Positions 10,396-19,080 of a stretch of DNA of 64,000 nt are shown one piece after another. Source of the stretch: an uncultured Gemmatimonadales bacterium (lineage in GTDB: Bacteria; Gemmatimonadota; Gemmatimonadetes; Gemmatimonadales; GWC2-71-9); the NCBI GenBank assembly GCA_963828735.1, contig CAWHFW010000005.1, forward strand, positions 2,464,001 through 2,528,000, read 5' to 3'. The translations under genes were made by a program, and so were the position numbers. How positions within the stretch are numbered: position 1 is the first letter of the stretch; each line of letters begins with the position of its first letter. The notes under the pieces are model-generated. The model was given only the letters and a program-made list of their open reading frames with translations, did not search any database and was not told where the DNA came from.

Positions 10396-10743
10396 ATGAA
10401 GGTCTACGATCCCGTGGCTGTCGCGCGAGAGGCGGCTGCCGTGCACCAAGCGCGGCCGGCCATGGCCGTCATGCACGACGCACCGGACGCCCGGCTCGTC
10501 GTCTTCCGCCTCGCCGCGGGTCAAGCCGTCCCGGTACATACCTCCGTGTCCTCGGTGGTGCTCCACGTCCACTCGGGGTCGGGGCTGGTGAGCGGCGCCG
10601 ATGGCGAGCGTCATGTACGCGCCGGCATGGTCGTTGCCTACGAGCCCCAGGAACCTCACGGGATGCGAGCGCTGGCCGAGGAGTTGATCGTGCTCGCCGT
10701 CATCGCCCCTCGGCCGGCAAGCCGCCGAGGCCCTTTGGAGTAG
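10396..10743 (+). CDS. cupin domain protein (copy 2)
   Basis: Near-identical to 2580-2924. Confidence 0.85.
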   Translation: MKVYDPVAVAREAAAVHQARPAMAVMHDAPDARLVVFRLAAGQAVPVHTSVSSVVLHVHSGSGLVSGADGERHVRAGMVVAYEPQEPHGMRALAEELIVLAVIAPRPASRRGPLE

Positions 10744-10773
10744 CGCAGCGGGAATTTCCCAGGCACTGGCCGC

Positions 10774-11472
10774 TCAGGCAGCCACCACGCCGAACAACTT
10801 GCCGAGGGCCGCCGTCAGGCCCATTGCCAGAGCGCCCCAGAACACGACACGCAAGGTCCCCACCCAGGGCCGTGCCCCACCGGCCCGGGCCGCCACCGCC
10901 CCCAGCAGGCCGAGGCAGACGAGCGAGGCACCCGCGACCAGGGTCACGAGCCAACGAGTCGGGCTGCAGCTTGCCACCAGCAGGGGCAAGGCTGCTCCAA
11001 CGGCGAACGTCGCCGCCGAGGTCAGCGCCGCCTGTACCGGCCTCGCCTGCAGCACCGCCGAGATGCCCAGTTCGTCGCGCGCATGGGCACCGAGCGCATC
11101 GTGGGTCATCAGCTGCGCCGCCACCTCGGCTGCGAGCGTGGGCGTGAGACCGCGATGCTCGTATATCGTGGCCAGCTCCGCGTGCTCCGCCACGGGACTT
11201 CCCGCCAACTCGCCCCGCTCGCGCGCCAGATCCGCCTGCTCGGTATCAGCCTGGGAGCTCACCGAGACGTACTCACCCGCCGCCATCGACATGGCGCCCG
11301 CCACGAGCCCGGCCACCCCGGCGACGAGCACGGCGGGGCGCGAGGCCTCGGCGGTAGCGACCCCGAGCACCAGGCTCGCGGTCGACACGATGCCGTCGTT
11401 GGCTCCCAGGACGGCCGCCCGCAGCCAGCCGATGCGCTCCGTACGATGCAACTCCGGATGGATGGTCCGCAT
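10774..11472 (-). CDS. VIT1/CCC1 family transporter
   Basis: LRAAVLGANDGIVS...SMAAGEYVSV...HARDELG. Confidence 0.93.
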   Translation of the reverse strand: MRTIHPELHRTERIGWLRAAVLGANDGIVSTASLVLGVATAEASRPAVLVAGVAGLVAGAMSMAAGEYVSVSSQADTEQADLARERGELAGSPVAEHAELATIYEHRGLTPTLAAEVAAQLMTHDALGAHARDELGISAVLQARPVQAALTSAATFAVGAALPLLVASCSPTRWLVTLVAGASLVCLGLLGAVAARAGGARPWVGTLRVVFWGALAMGLTAALGKLFGVVAA

Positions 11473-11545
11473 GCAAAGCTTGCTCCAAAGTGGGAGACCC
11501 GGATCGCGGTCCCGGTGCCTGACCGACGGCCGGCGAGGTCGGCTT

Positions 11546-12034
11546 CTAGGTACTTGTCGTGTTCTTCGGCGCCGCCATTCCGGCTGTCGGGCGGATCTCG
11601 TCATGCCGGATCTGACCGCCGTCGAGCGCGGCGAGGGCAAAGAACGTTGCGCTCACTACCAGGCCGACCAGCACGGCGATGCTGACGTCCCTTCGGTACG
11701 GCCGCCCGCCGCGTGCGAGCCACAGCCCCACGAGAGCGGCCGCACCGGTCACCAGCACCGCGATCAGTCCAGCCTCGGCACGCTCCTCATGCGCCTCGAC
11801 GCGCCGCTCATCAAACCACGGCTGGTTCTCCACTTGCTCTTCGGCCGGCTCGCCGGTGAGGTAGATGGGAATTGTCGTTATCGCGAGCAGCACCGCGAGC
11901 AGCAGACCGATCTGCGTGACGTCGCGTGAGCGGCGGAGGAGGCCCCAGACCAGAACCAACGGCGCGAACAGCATGGTCCCGAGCACGGGGATGTGGTTCA
12001 GGACGAGGTGCAGATGAGCAGGGCTGAGGTCCAT
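11546..12034 (-). CDS. hypothetical membrane protein
   Basis: HLHLVLNHIP...HEE...GGQIRH; about 4 TM segments; GGAGG RBS. Confidence 0.8.
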   Translation of the reverse strand: MDLSPAHLHLVLNHIPVLGTMLFAPLVLVWGLLRRSRDVTQIGLLLAVLLAITTIPIYLTGEPAEEQVENQPWFDERRVEAHEERAEAGLIAVLVTGAAALVGLWLARGGRPYRRDVSIAVLVGLVVSATFFALAALDGGQIRHDEIRPTAGMAAPKNTTST

Positions 12035-12679
12035 ACGGCCCTCCGAGAATGCTGGGTGTGAGGCGATGCTACCCAATTCCAAACATTGCGCGAGATCACG
12101 CGCGCGCCAAGACTCTCGTGCGAATGTCTCAGTGCGGAGGCGCAACCTCGAAGCAGCAGCGAGACCGCTCGCCACGCTCGCAGCGCTCGCGCACCGGTGC
12201 CTCCAGCAATTCGGCAAGCAGACTCTCCATCGCCCGGCACACCTCCGGCCGGCCGTGCACCGCTACGGTGGCGGTCCCTGTTGTCCGTTGTGTTGTCTAT
12301 TGGGGGCGGCATTGTCCGACAGTTCACGAGATTAGACGTGGACAGGTGGCGGGGCCGTCTAGTTGAGAAGTAGTTATGAGACTAGGACTTGCCTCGTAAC
12401 ACCTGACGGCAAAATGTGGGGGAGACGCGGCCAAAAAGCGCCTGATAGTCGTCAGCGAGCCGTATTCGCGTCACCCCGGTGCTCGCTCCCCTATTGGTTT
12501 TCTCCGCAAGTACACCGAAGCGGAACCATCCGGGCACCCATCACCGGCCGCCATTAACACGTGGTGCCCTGGCTGGCCGAGGAGCCGTCTGGCCGATCGG
12601 CTGCGGCAGATCCTGCAGCCCGTGGGCGTGAGCGCCGGAACTCCTGAACGCCCGCTGAAGCCCAGCGACCCTCGCGCGA

Positions 12680-13180
12680 GTGCGATATGCGGAATGGAAC
12701 GCATCTTCGCGTGCCGTTCATCAAACCTTCACCTGCGCCCTCCTAGCATGGATGGTGCCCACTCAGAGGCACGGACCCTATGTGGGCCTGGACGCCGGAT
12801 GCCAAGCGGGCCGGGAGGCATGTACGACATACGCACAGACCTCATACACTCCAGCCGATTCGCAGGCGACCGGTAAACGGCTGGACAACATCGGGTGGGC
12901 TGTCTTCTTCATCCTTACGGGTGCGCTCTGGCTGGTCCCCGAATCCCAGGTGCCCCCGGGCACATGGTTCATCGGAGTCGGCCTGCTTCTGCTGGGGCTC
13001 AATGCGGTGCGCAGGATGAGCAGCCTGCCGGTAAGCGGCTTCGGCACCATTCTGGGCGTGCTCGCACTCGCCGCCGGCGTCTCCGCGTTCCTGGGCATTG
13101 AGGTGCCTATCGTTGCGATAGGCCTGATCCTGCTCGGGCTGGGTCTGCTAGCGCGGGAATTGAGCGCTCGACGTGCTTGA
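12680..13180 (+). CDS. hypothetical membrane protein (start uncertain)
   Basis: Four hydrophobic segments in the C-terminal ~100 aa; overlaps the arsA start. Confidence 0.6.
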   Translation: MRYAEWNASSRAVHQTFTCALLAWMVPTQRHGPYVGLDAGCQAGREACTTYAQTSYTPADSQATGKRLDNIGWAVFFILTGALWLVPESQVPPGTWFIGVGLLLLGLNAVRRMSSLPVSGFGTILGVLALAAGVSAFLGIEVPIVAIGLILLGLGLLARELSARRA

Positions 13181-14969
13181 GGGCATCAGGCCAGCAACAG
13201 AGCTGCCGGAGGGGGCGACCCAGTATCTCCTGTTCACAGGCAAGGGAGGTGTCGGCAAGACCTCCCACGCTTGTGCAACAGCGGTGGCCTTGGCCGATGC
13301 CGGGCGACGGGTACTCCTCGTGAGCACCGACCCCGCATCGAACCTGGATCAGGTCTTCGGGCTCAAAATCGGGCGGGAGCCCACGCCAATTCCCGAAGTG
13401 CCGGGGCTTTCCGCCATCAATATCGATCCCGAGGCTGCGGCACGCGCCTACCGCGAGCAGGTGGTCGCACCGTATCGGGGGGTCATGTCGGATGATGCAG
13501 TGGCGGGTCTGCTGGAGCAGCTCTCTGGGGCCTGCACCGTCGAGGTCGCCGCCTTTGACGAGTTCACCGAGCTACTGACGCCAGATGGTACCGCGGCAGG
13601 GTACGATCACGTCGTCTTCGACACGGCCCCTACCGGCCACACGCTTCGGCTCCTGCAACTCCCCGCCGCCTGGACGGAGTTCCTGGATACCAACGAGCGT
13701 GGGGCCTCCTGTCTCGGCCCGGCCTCTGCACTCAAGACGCAGCACGCGCGGTATGGCGCCGCCGTTGCCGCTCTTGCCGACCCCAAGCGCACCACGGCCA
13801 CCCTGGTCGCCCGCCCCGACCGCGTTGCCCTCGAGGAGGCCGCGCGCACCGCGGGCGAGCTGGGCGCCCTCGGTCTTCGGAACCAGCGCCTTTTGGTAAA
13901 TGCTGTCTTTCATGCCACCGACCGAAGCGACCCCCTGGCCGTTGCCCTAGAGGAGCGGGGTAGAGCCTCGCTTGCAGCAATGCCGGCAGCGCTCCGGGAC
14001 CTGCCCCGCACTGACGTGCCGCTCCTCGCGTCCAACATCGTGGGCGTTCCGGCACTCCGCCGGCTGGCTGCGGTGGATACCTCGGGAGCGCCTGCTCCCG
14101 AGCGGGCCGAGCTTACCACCACGGACCTCCCGCCGCTCGAGGACCTAATCGACGAGATTGCAGCCGCAGGCCGCGGGCTGGTCATGGTGATGGGTAAGGG
14201 CGGCGTGGGGAAGACCACTATAGCCGCCGCCATCGCGGTTGACCTCGCCAGCCGAGGACTTCCGGTACACCTCACGACGACGGACCCCGCCGCGCACCTC
14301 ACCCAAGCACTGGGACAGGAGATCGCCGGCCTGAAGGTGAGTCGGATCGATCCCGCTACCGAGACGATCGCCTACCGCGAGAAGATCGTGGAGCGGTCGG
14401 CACGCACGCTCGACCCAGACGGGCTTGCACTTCTCGAGGAGGACCTCCGCTCGCCGTGCACGGAGGAGGTAGCCGTCTTCCATGCCTTCTCCCGCCTCGT
14501 CTTCGGTGCACGCAACGAGATCGTCGTCATGGACACGGCGCCCACCGGCCATACCCTGCTCCTGCTCGATGCCACGGGCGCCTATCATCGGGAGATGCTG
14601 CGCACGACCGCAGGGGCGGCGGGCAAGGTCCAGACACCCCTCATGCGCTTGCGTGATCCCGACTACACCCGGGTACTCCTGGTGACGCTGGCGGAAACGA
14701 CCCCGGTGCTCGAGGCGGCAGAGCTTCAGTCGGACCTCCGCCGGGCCGGGGTGGAGCCGTTCGCCTGGGTGGTGAACGCCAGCCTGGCAGCGGCAGGGCC
14801 GCGGGATCCGGTGCTGGCCGCCAGAGCCGCAGCCGAGCTCGAGCAGATCGCGCTTGTGAGGACCACCTTGGCGACCCGTATAGCCGTGGTGCCCTGGCTT
14901 GCCGAGGAGCCGCTCGGGGCCGATCGGCTACGGCACATCCTGCAGCCGGTGAGCGGGCCGGCCGGCTGA
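13173..14969 (+). CDS. arsA: arsenical pump-driving ATPase
   Basis: Two GKGGVGKT Walker A motifs, two DTAPTGHT motifs, Cys-containing GACT, ASCLG and SPCT segments. Confidence 0.95.
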   Translation: MLEGIRPATELPEGATQYLLFTGKGGVGKTSHACATAVALADAGRRVLLVSTDPASNLDQVFGLKIGREPTPIPEVPGLSAINIDPEAAARAYREQVVAPYRGVMSDDAVAGLLEQLSGACTVEVAAFDEFTELLTPDGTAAGYDHVVFDTAPTGHTLRLLQLPAAWTEFLDTNERGASCLGPASALKTQHARYGAAVAALADPKRTTATLVARPDRVALEEAARTAGELGALGLRNQRLLVNAVFHATDRSDPLAVALEERGRASLAAMPAALRDLPRTDVPLLASNIVGVPALRRLAAVDTSGAPAPERAELTTTDLPPLEDLIDEIAAAGRGLVMVMGKGGVGKTTIAAAIAVDLASRGLPVHLTTTDPAAHLTQALGQEIAGLKVSRIDPATETIAYREKIVERSARTLDPDGLALLEEDLRSPCTEEVAVFHAFSRLVFGARNEIVVMDTAPTGHTLLLLDATGAYHREMLRTTAGAAGKVQTPLMRLRDPDYTRVLLVTLAETTPVLEAAELQSDLRRAGVEPFAWVVNASLAAAGPRDPVLAARAAAELEQIALVRTTLATRIAVVPWLAEEPLGADRLRHILQPVSGPAG

Positions 14970-15057
14970 AACGTGTCAGTGCAGCAGGAGGACAAGTCCT
15001 ATGGCCCACCTCCAAGGACACGCCAGCCAGCCGAGGCTCCCCGATGAGTCTGTCAGA

Positions 15058-15471
15058 ATGACAAGGCTGCGATTCGTTCTGCGACTTCTCTCGGTTGGCT
15101 TCCTCGTAGCGTTCATTCCGTGGATCACACTCATTCTCCTGAAGGCGCCGGCGCTCGCGCCGGGCGGAAGCCTCGCGCCACTGCTCAGGTTCCAGCCCTA
15201 CAATCCCCACTACGAGAGCATGATGGCAGCCATCTACATAGCATGGGCTGTCATGCTGTGGCGTGCCTCAGGCGACCCTGCCAAACACACCCTGTTCATT
15301 GAGTTCACCATCTGGGCGACCGCCGCTCATGCCCTGGTGATGTTGATCGCTACTCCGATCCAAAAGGGCCTCGTTATGGCAGTCGTGGAGGGCTTGCCGC
15401 TGGTCGTGATAGCAGGGGTGCTCTGGTGGCTCAGGCCGAGGGTATCAGGCAGATCTCCAGCCTCGACGTAA
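15058..15471 (+). CDS. membrane protein (DUF6632-like)
   Basis: About 4 TM segments; YESMMAAIY...DPAKH..FIEFTIW...HALVM. Confidence 0.6.
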   Translation: MTRLRFVLRLLSVGFLVAFIPWITLILLKAPALAPGGSLAPLLRFQPYNPHYESMMAAIYIAWAVMLWRASGDPAKHTLFIEFTIWATAAHALVMLIATPIQKGLVMAVVEGLPLVVIAGVLWWLRPRVSGRSPAST

Positions 15472-15544
15472 GCGACCGCTTCGCCCACGAGCGCCACTAA
15501 CGCCTTACTTGCGCGCCGCCATCAGGCGGTTCGCGAGGGAGTGC

Positions 15545-16023
15545 TCAGGCGTGAACCGGCTCGGCCTCAGAGTTCGCTTCCTTCAGCCTCTCGATGATCT
15601 TGTCGGCTACCTGGCGCGCCACGGCCTTGCGCTCCTCCTCCGGCACGTCCTCCATCAAGAAGACATCGGTGTACTTCTTGTAGAGCGGCAGCGCATCGAT
15701 TTCGATCAACTTTCCATCCTCAAGCAGCCCCTTTAGCGCTCGCCCATTGCACTTGAGGAAACATCCGTCGATCACGACACTCTTGCCAGCTTCCTTGACC
15801 CAGCGTGCCATGGAGGAATGGGCACAAAGAAGGTTTCCGCAAAGCACGCGCGTGCATAGCCGGGCAGCTCCTGGGCCACGAGATTGGCTGCCTGCCTGGC
15901 GATCTCTCCCCGGATGCAGGGTCCCTCACATGCGAGAACCGGTATCTTCCGCTCAGCGATGGCGCGCTTTGCGAAGGCCTCACCCGCCGGGGCAGTCATA
16001 GCGTCCATGGATCGCCCCACCAT
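15545..16023 (-). pseudogene. DGC-domain putative zinc-binding protein, frameshifted near 15822
   Basis: VLACEGPCIRGEIAR...ARACFAE continues in another frame as VIDGCFLKC; may be a sequencing error. Confidence 0.7.
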
Positions 16024-16142
16024 GTCCTGGGCCTGCAGGCATAAGCGACACGGTACTGCTGCGGTCGAGATTGCCGGTGTCTGGCAACCGAGCTACCAGC
16101 GAGGAGATCGCTAGTGGACCGTGCTGAGGCACGTCAGGATCC

Positions 16143-16354
16143 AGCAAACGTGAGCATTTGTGTGAGCAAACCACAGCAAAGTCGACCATCAGACCAAGCA
16201 AACCCCAGCATCGGGTGACACGAACTCGCATAAAGGTTAGCAAGTTGCTGGAGTTGAGCCGGTTACAACGGCCCCTCTGGATCAGGAGAGTCCTGGTTCG
16301 AGCCCAGGAGGGGCAACTCAAAGCGCGGTGGCTGCTTCGCAGCCGTCGCGCTTT
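16143..16354 (+). repeat. att-like junction (no insert), second terminator type
   Basis: Left arm, tRNA half 16275-16316, hairpin AAAGCGCGGTGGCTGC-TTC-GCAGCCGTCGCGCTTT. Confidence 0.92.
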
Positions 16355-16400
16355 GCCTATTTGGGGGAACCTCAGCGCCGCAAGCGGCGGCTTACTCGGC

Positions 16401-16570
16401 TCACAGCGATTTCACGCACCGGAAACCGAGATGATTCGTGCCGGTGCTGATCTCGCCCTTGCCGCGTGTGCTGACGATATAGCGCGAGCAGAACTGATCG
16501 GTGCAGAGAAAGGATCCGCCGCGATGGACACGTTTCTTCACGCCGGGTTCGTCGGGATTAAAGAATCGGC
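16401..16570 (-). pseudogene. C-terminal fragment of a formylglycine-generating-enzyme (SUMF1) family gene
   Basis: KRVHRGGSFLCTDQFCSRY...HLGFRCVK. Confidence 0.75.
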
Positions 16571-16792
16571 TGGACCTTGTGGATTGCGGGCGACGGCTCC
16601 GATGGCGGCCCTTCATTTCTTTGAGAGGTATAAAGACAACTCGGAAAGATGTCTGTACCCCTTCAACCAGCCTCTGAACGTTGCCGCGGTAAGAGATAAA
16701 CAGCCAGCGCCGGTTCACCGGACTGCAGGAGCAGTGGGCGGCCGGCGCTCGCGTACTTCGAAGCTTTCCGAGAATTAGGCTCGCGCAGGCCG

Positions 16793-18511
16793 TTACCCCC
16801 GCATCGCCGCGGCGATGACGCCTGGTACCTTCGGCCAACTTGCCCGCTCATCGAGGTAGGTGAGCCGCCGGTTGACGACGTGAGCAGTCCGGTGGCTCGG
16901 GAACGTGACCGGCTTGGGCACAACGGTGAGCGGATGCCGAAGGACAGCTTTCTCGATCCCCGCGAGCATTGTCGTATTGTGCACCCAGCCGGTGCCGCTC
17001 TGGATATCCGACGGTCTCGCGTCGGGGTACGCTCCCCAGGGTGGGGTGCCGTACACGAAGGCGAAGCCGCTCCACGCGTTCAGCGAAACGACACCATAGC
17101 GGAGCCGCGCGATCGCCCGCTCGACTGCCTCGGCGATCCGTGGGTCCTTGAGCGACGCGGGGTGGACCACAAGGTCGGCGCACAGCGTCCCCCACAGCCG
17201 GTTGTTGGCGAACTCCACCGCGCGCTCGAGGAACTCCAGCGGATCGTCGCTGCCGACTTCGGTCTCCACGAGCGCCGGACAGAACGGCTCGTTAGTGAAT
17301 GCCGTCTCCCGCGGGTCGGTAGCATCCAGTCCTGGGAGCAGCATCCACGGAAGCCGGTCGGAGCCGGCCTGTCCTATCAACCTAGTGCCTACCCGCCCGC
17401 GGCTGAGTTGGCTCCAACGGTCCTCCGCACCCGGGTAGTACGCAGCGCGCGTCGGTGCGGCACTCAAGGCCCGCTCGACTCCGTTGATGACCCTCGCCCT
17501 AGCGGGCCATCCCTTCGGCGTGACCAAGACTCTTGGCGTGTTGCAGTTGAAGCCTGCGTTGTGGGCCAGCGCGCCCGCGATGCTCTCCGCCTGGAAGGCC
17601 AGCTCCCTGTCCTTGTACGGACCAGGCATGATGAGTACGGGCGACATGTTTCCGAGCTCTGCCGTTACCGGCTTGGTCAGAAGCATTGTCCCGCGCGCCT
17701 TGCGTAGCTCCTGCTCCGGCCCTGGCGGGCCCCACATAAGCGCGTCATAGGTGGCGCTGGAGCCCGTCAGATGCACCTCGTCGACCCCGGGGTGATGTGC
17801 CAAATAGGCGCCTTCATCCACCCCGCCGTAGACCACCGCCAGGTAACCTCGCTGGATCGCCTCGGCGAACGCCGCCTTGATCAATGGCCCGGCATAGGCG
17901 TTGATCGGGCTCATCTTGAGCAGGCAGACCTTAGCCTCGTTAAACAGCTTGGTGACGACGTCCATGACCGGGATGCAGGTGAGGTTGCCTGCACCCAGGA
18001 TGAGCACCGTCCGCCCGTCGTGCCGTCGCCCGCGGTAAAAGGGCGCGCGGGTGGCGTGCATCTCCGCTTCGGTGACGCGGGCCTGCATCCGCACGTCCAC
18101 CGTTACCCCGGCGAACAGAACGCCGTCGATCGCGTTCGCGGGGAAGACCCGGACAATGAGCCGCTCGTCCGCTGATCGGGTGACCGGGCCGATGGACGTA
18201 TTGCCGGTACGTTGGAGCGACATGAGGGACTCGGCGACCAGGCGGAGCTGACGGATCACCGGCCAAGGACCGGTCGCCCATTCTTGGCCTTCGGTCGGGG
18301 TGCCGGCGGGAATGCCCTTGGCGACGCAGGAAGCACGGACGATCTGGTCCGCCACCCGGACGTACCCGGCCTGCATGGAGCGGGCGAGCGCGATGCGGTC
18401 TGGCATCGGGAGCCGAGCGAAGGCTGGCGCGGCTTCCCGAAGCCGGGCCACCGCCTCATCAAGCTGGCGCTGCGTCGTGGCGTGCACGGCAGCGACGGTC
18501 TCTGGTGTCAT
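16793..18511 (-). CDS. aldehyde dehydrogenase family protein
   Basis: LGAGN, HLTGS, AELGN.SP, GFNC and EPFCP motifs. Confidence 0.88.
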   Translation of the reverse strand: MTPETVAAVHATTQRQLDEAVARLREAAPAFARLPMPDRIALARSMQAGYVRVADQIVRASCVAKGIPAGTPTEGQEWATGPWPVIRQLRLVAESLMSLQRTGNTSIGPVTRSADERLIVRVFPANAIDGVLFAGVTVDVRMQARVTEAEMHATRAPFYRGRRHDGRTVLILGAGNLTCIPVMDVVTKLFNEAKVCLLKMSPINAYAGPLIKAAFAEAIQRGYLAVVYGGVDEGAYLAHHPGVDEVHLTGSSATYDALMWGPPGPEQELRKARGTMLLTKPVTAELGNMSPVLIMPGPYKDRELAFQAESIAGALAHNAGFNCNTPRVLVTPKGWPARARVINGVERALSAAPTRAAYYPGAEDRWSQLSRGRVGTRLIGQAGSDRLPWMLLPGLDATDPRETAFTNEPFCPALVETEVGSDDPLEFLERAVEFANNRLWGTLCADLVVHPASLKDPRIAEAVERAIARLRYGVVSLNAWSGFAFVYGTPPWGAYPDARPSDIQSGTGWVHNTTMLAGIEKAVLRHPLTVVPKPVTFPSHRTAHVVNRRLTYLDERASWPKVPGVIAAAMRG

Positions 18512-18517
18512 GGTCGG

Positions 18518-19057
18518 TTACCGGGAGGCGGTCCGCGGGGTACTGATCTCGCCGCTCCACTCAATCGTATAGTCGGTCGGCGAGGTCATCCCTCCCCTAT
18601 AGCTCCCGGTGCCAGTCACCCCATCGTACTGGCCGGTGCCCTTGAGCTTGGACCAAGTTCCTTCGAATCGTGTAATGGGCTTCTGGTCGGGGCCGAGGGT
18701 GGTAGTCACCTTGCCTTGCCAGCGTGTCACCGTCGTGTCCGATCCCAGGATGTCGGTAATGTATCCCTGATGCGGGCCGTTGCCTTGCGTGAGGTCGGCG
18801 ATTTCACGGCTGATCGCCGTGGCACCGTCCATGTACGCTGACTTGCCCGTGTTGCGATTCGAGCCGTGCGACTCGGTGAGAAGTAGGATCGGATCGCGCG
18901 GGCTCGCTACTGGCAGGGCCTGCTGCTGGGCCACCTTCATCGTAAAGACGCCCGAGATCTGGAGCCGCTCCCTCGTCGGACCGGTACCGAGAGTGGCGGC
19001 TGTGATTGCCGGTACTCCGAATGCAACGAGCGCGTAAGCGAGGCTGGACCTGGACAT
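18518..19057 (-). CDS. hypothetical secreted protein
   Basis: Signal peptide; AGGAG RBS; beta-rich C-terminus. Confidence 0.75.
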   Translation of the reverse strand: MSRSSLAYALVAFGVPAITAATLGTGPTRERLQISGVFTMKVAQQQALPVASPRDPILLLTESHGSNRNTGKSAYMDGATAISREIADLTQGNGPHQGYITDILGSDTTVTRWQGKVTTTLGPDQKPITRFEGTWSKLKGTGQYDGVTGTGSYRGGMTSPTDYTIEWSGEISTPRTASR

Positions 19058-19080
19058 GGCGGAATCTCCTGGTATGAGGG

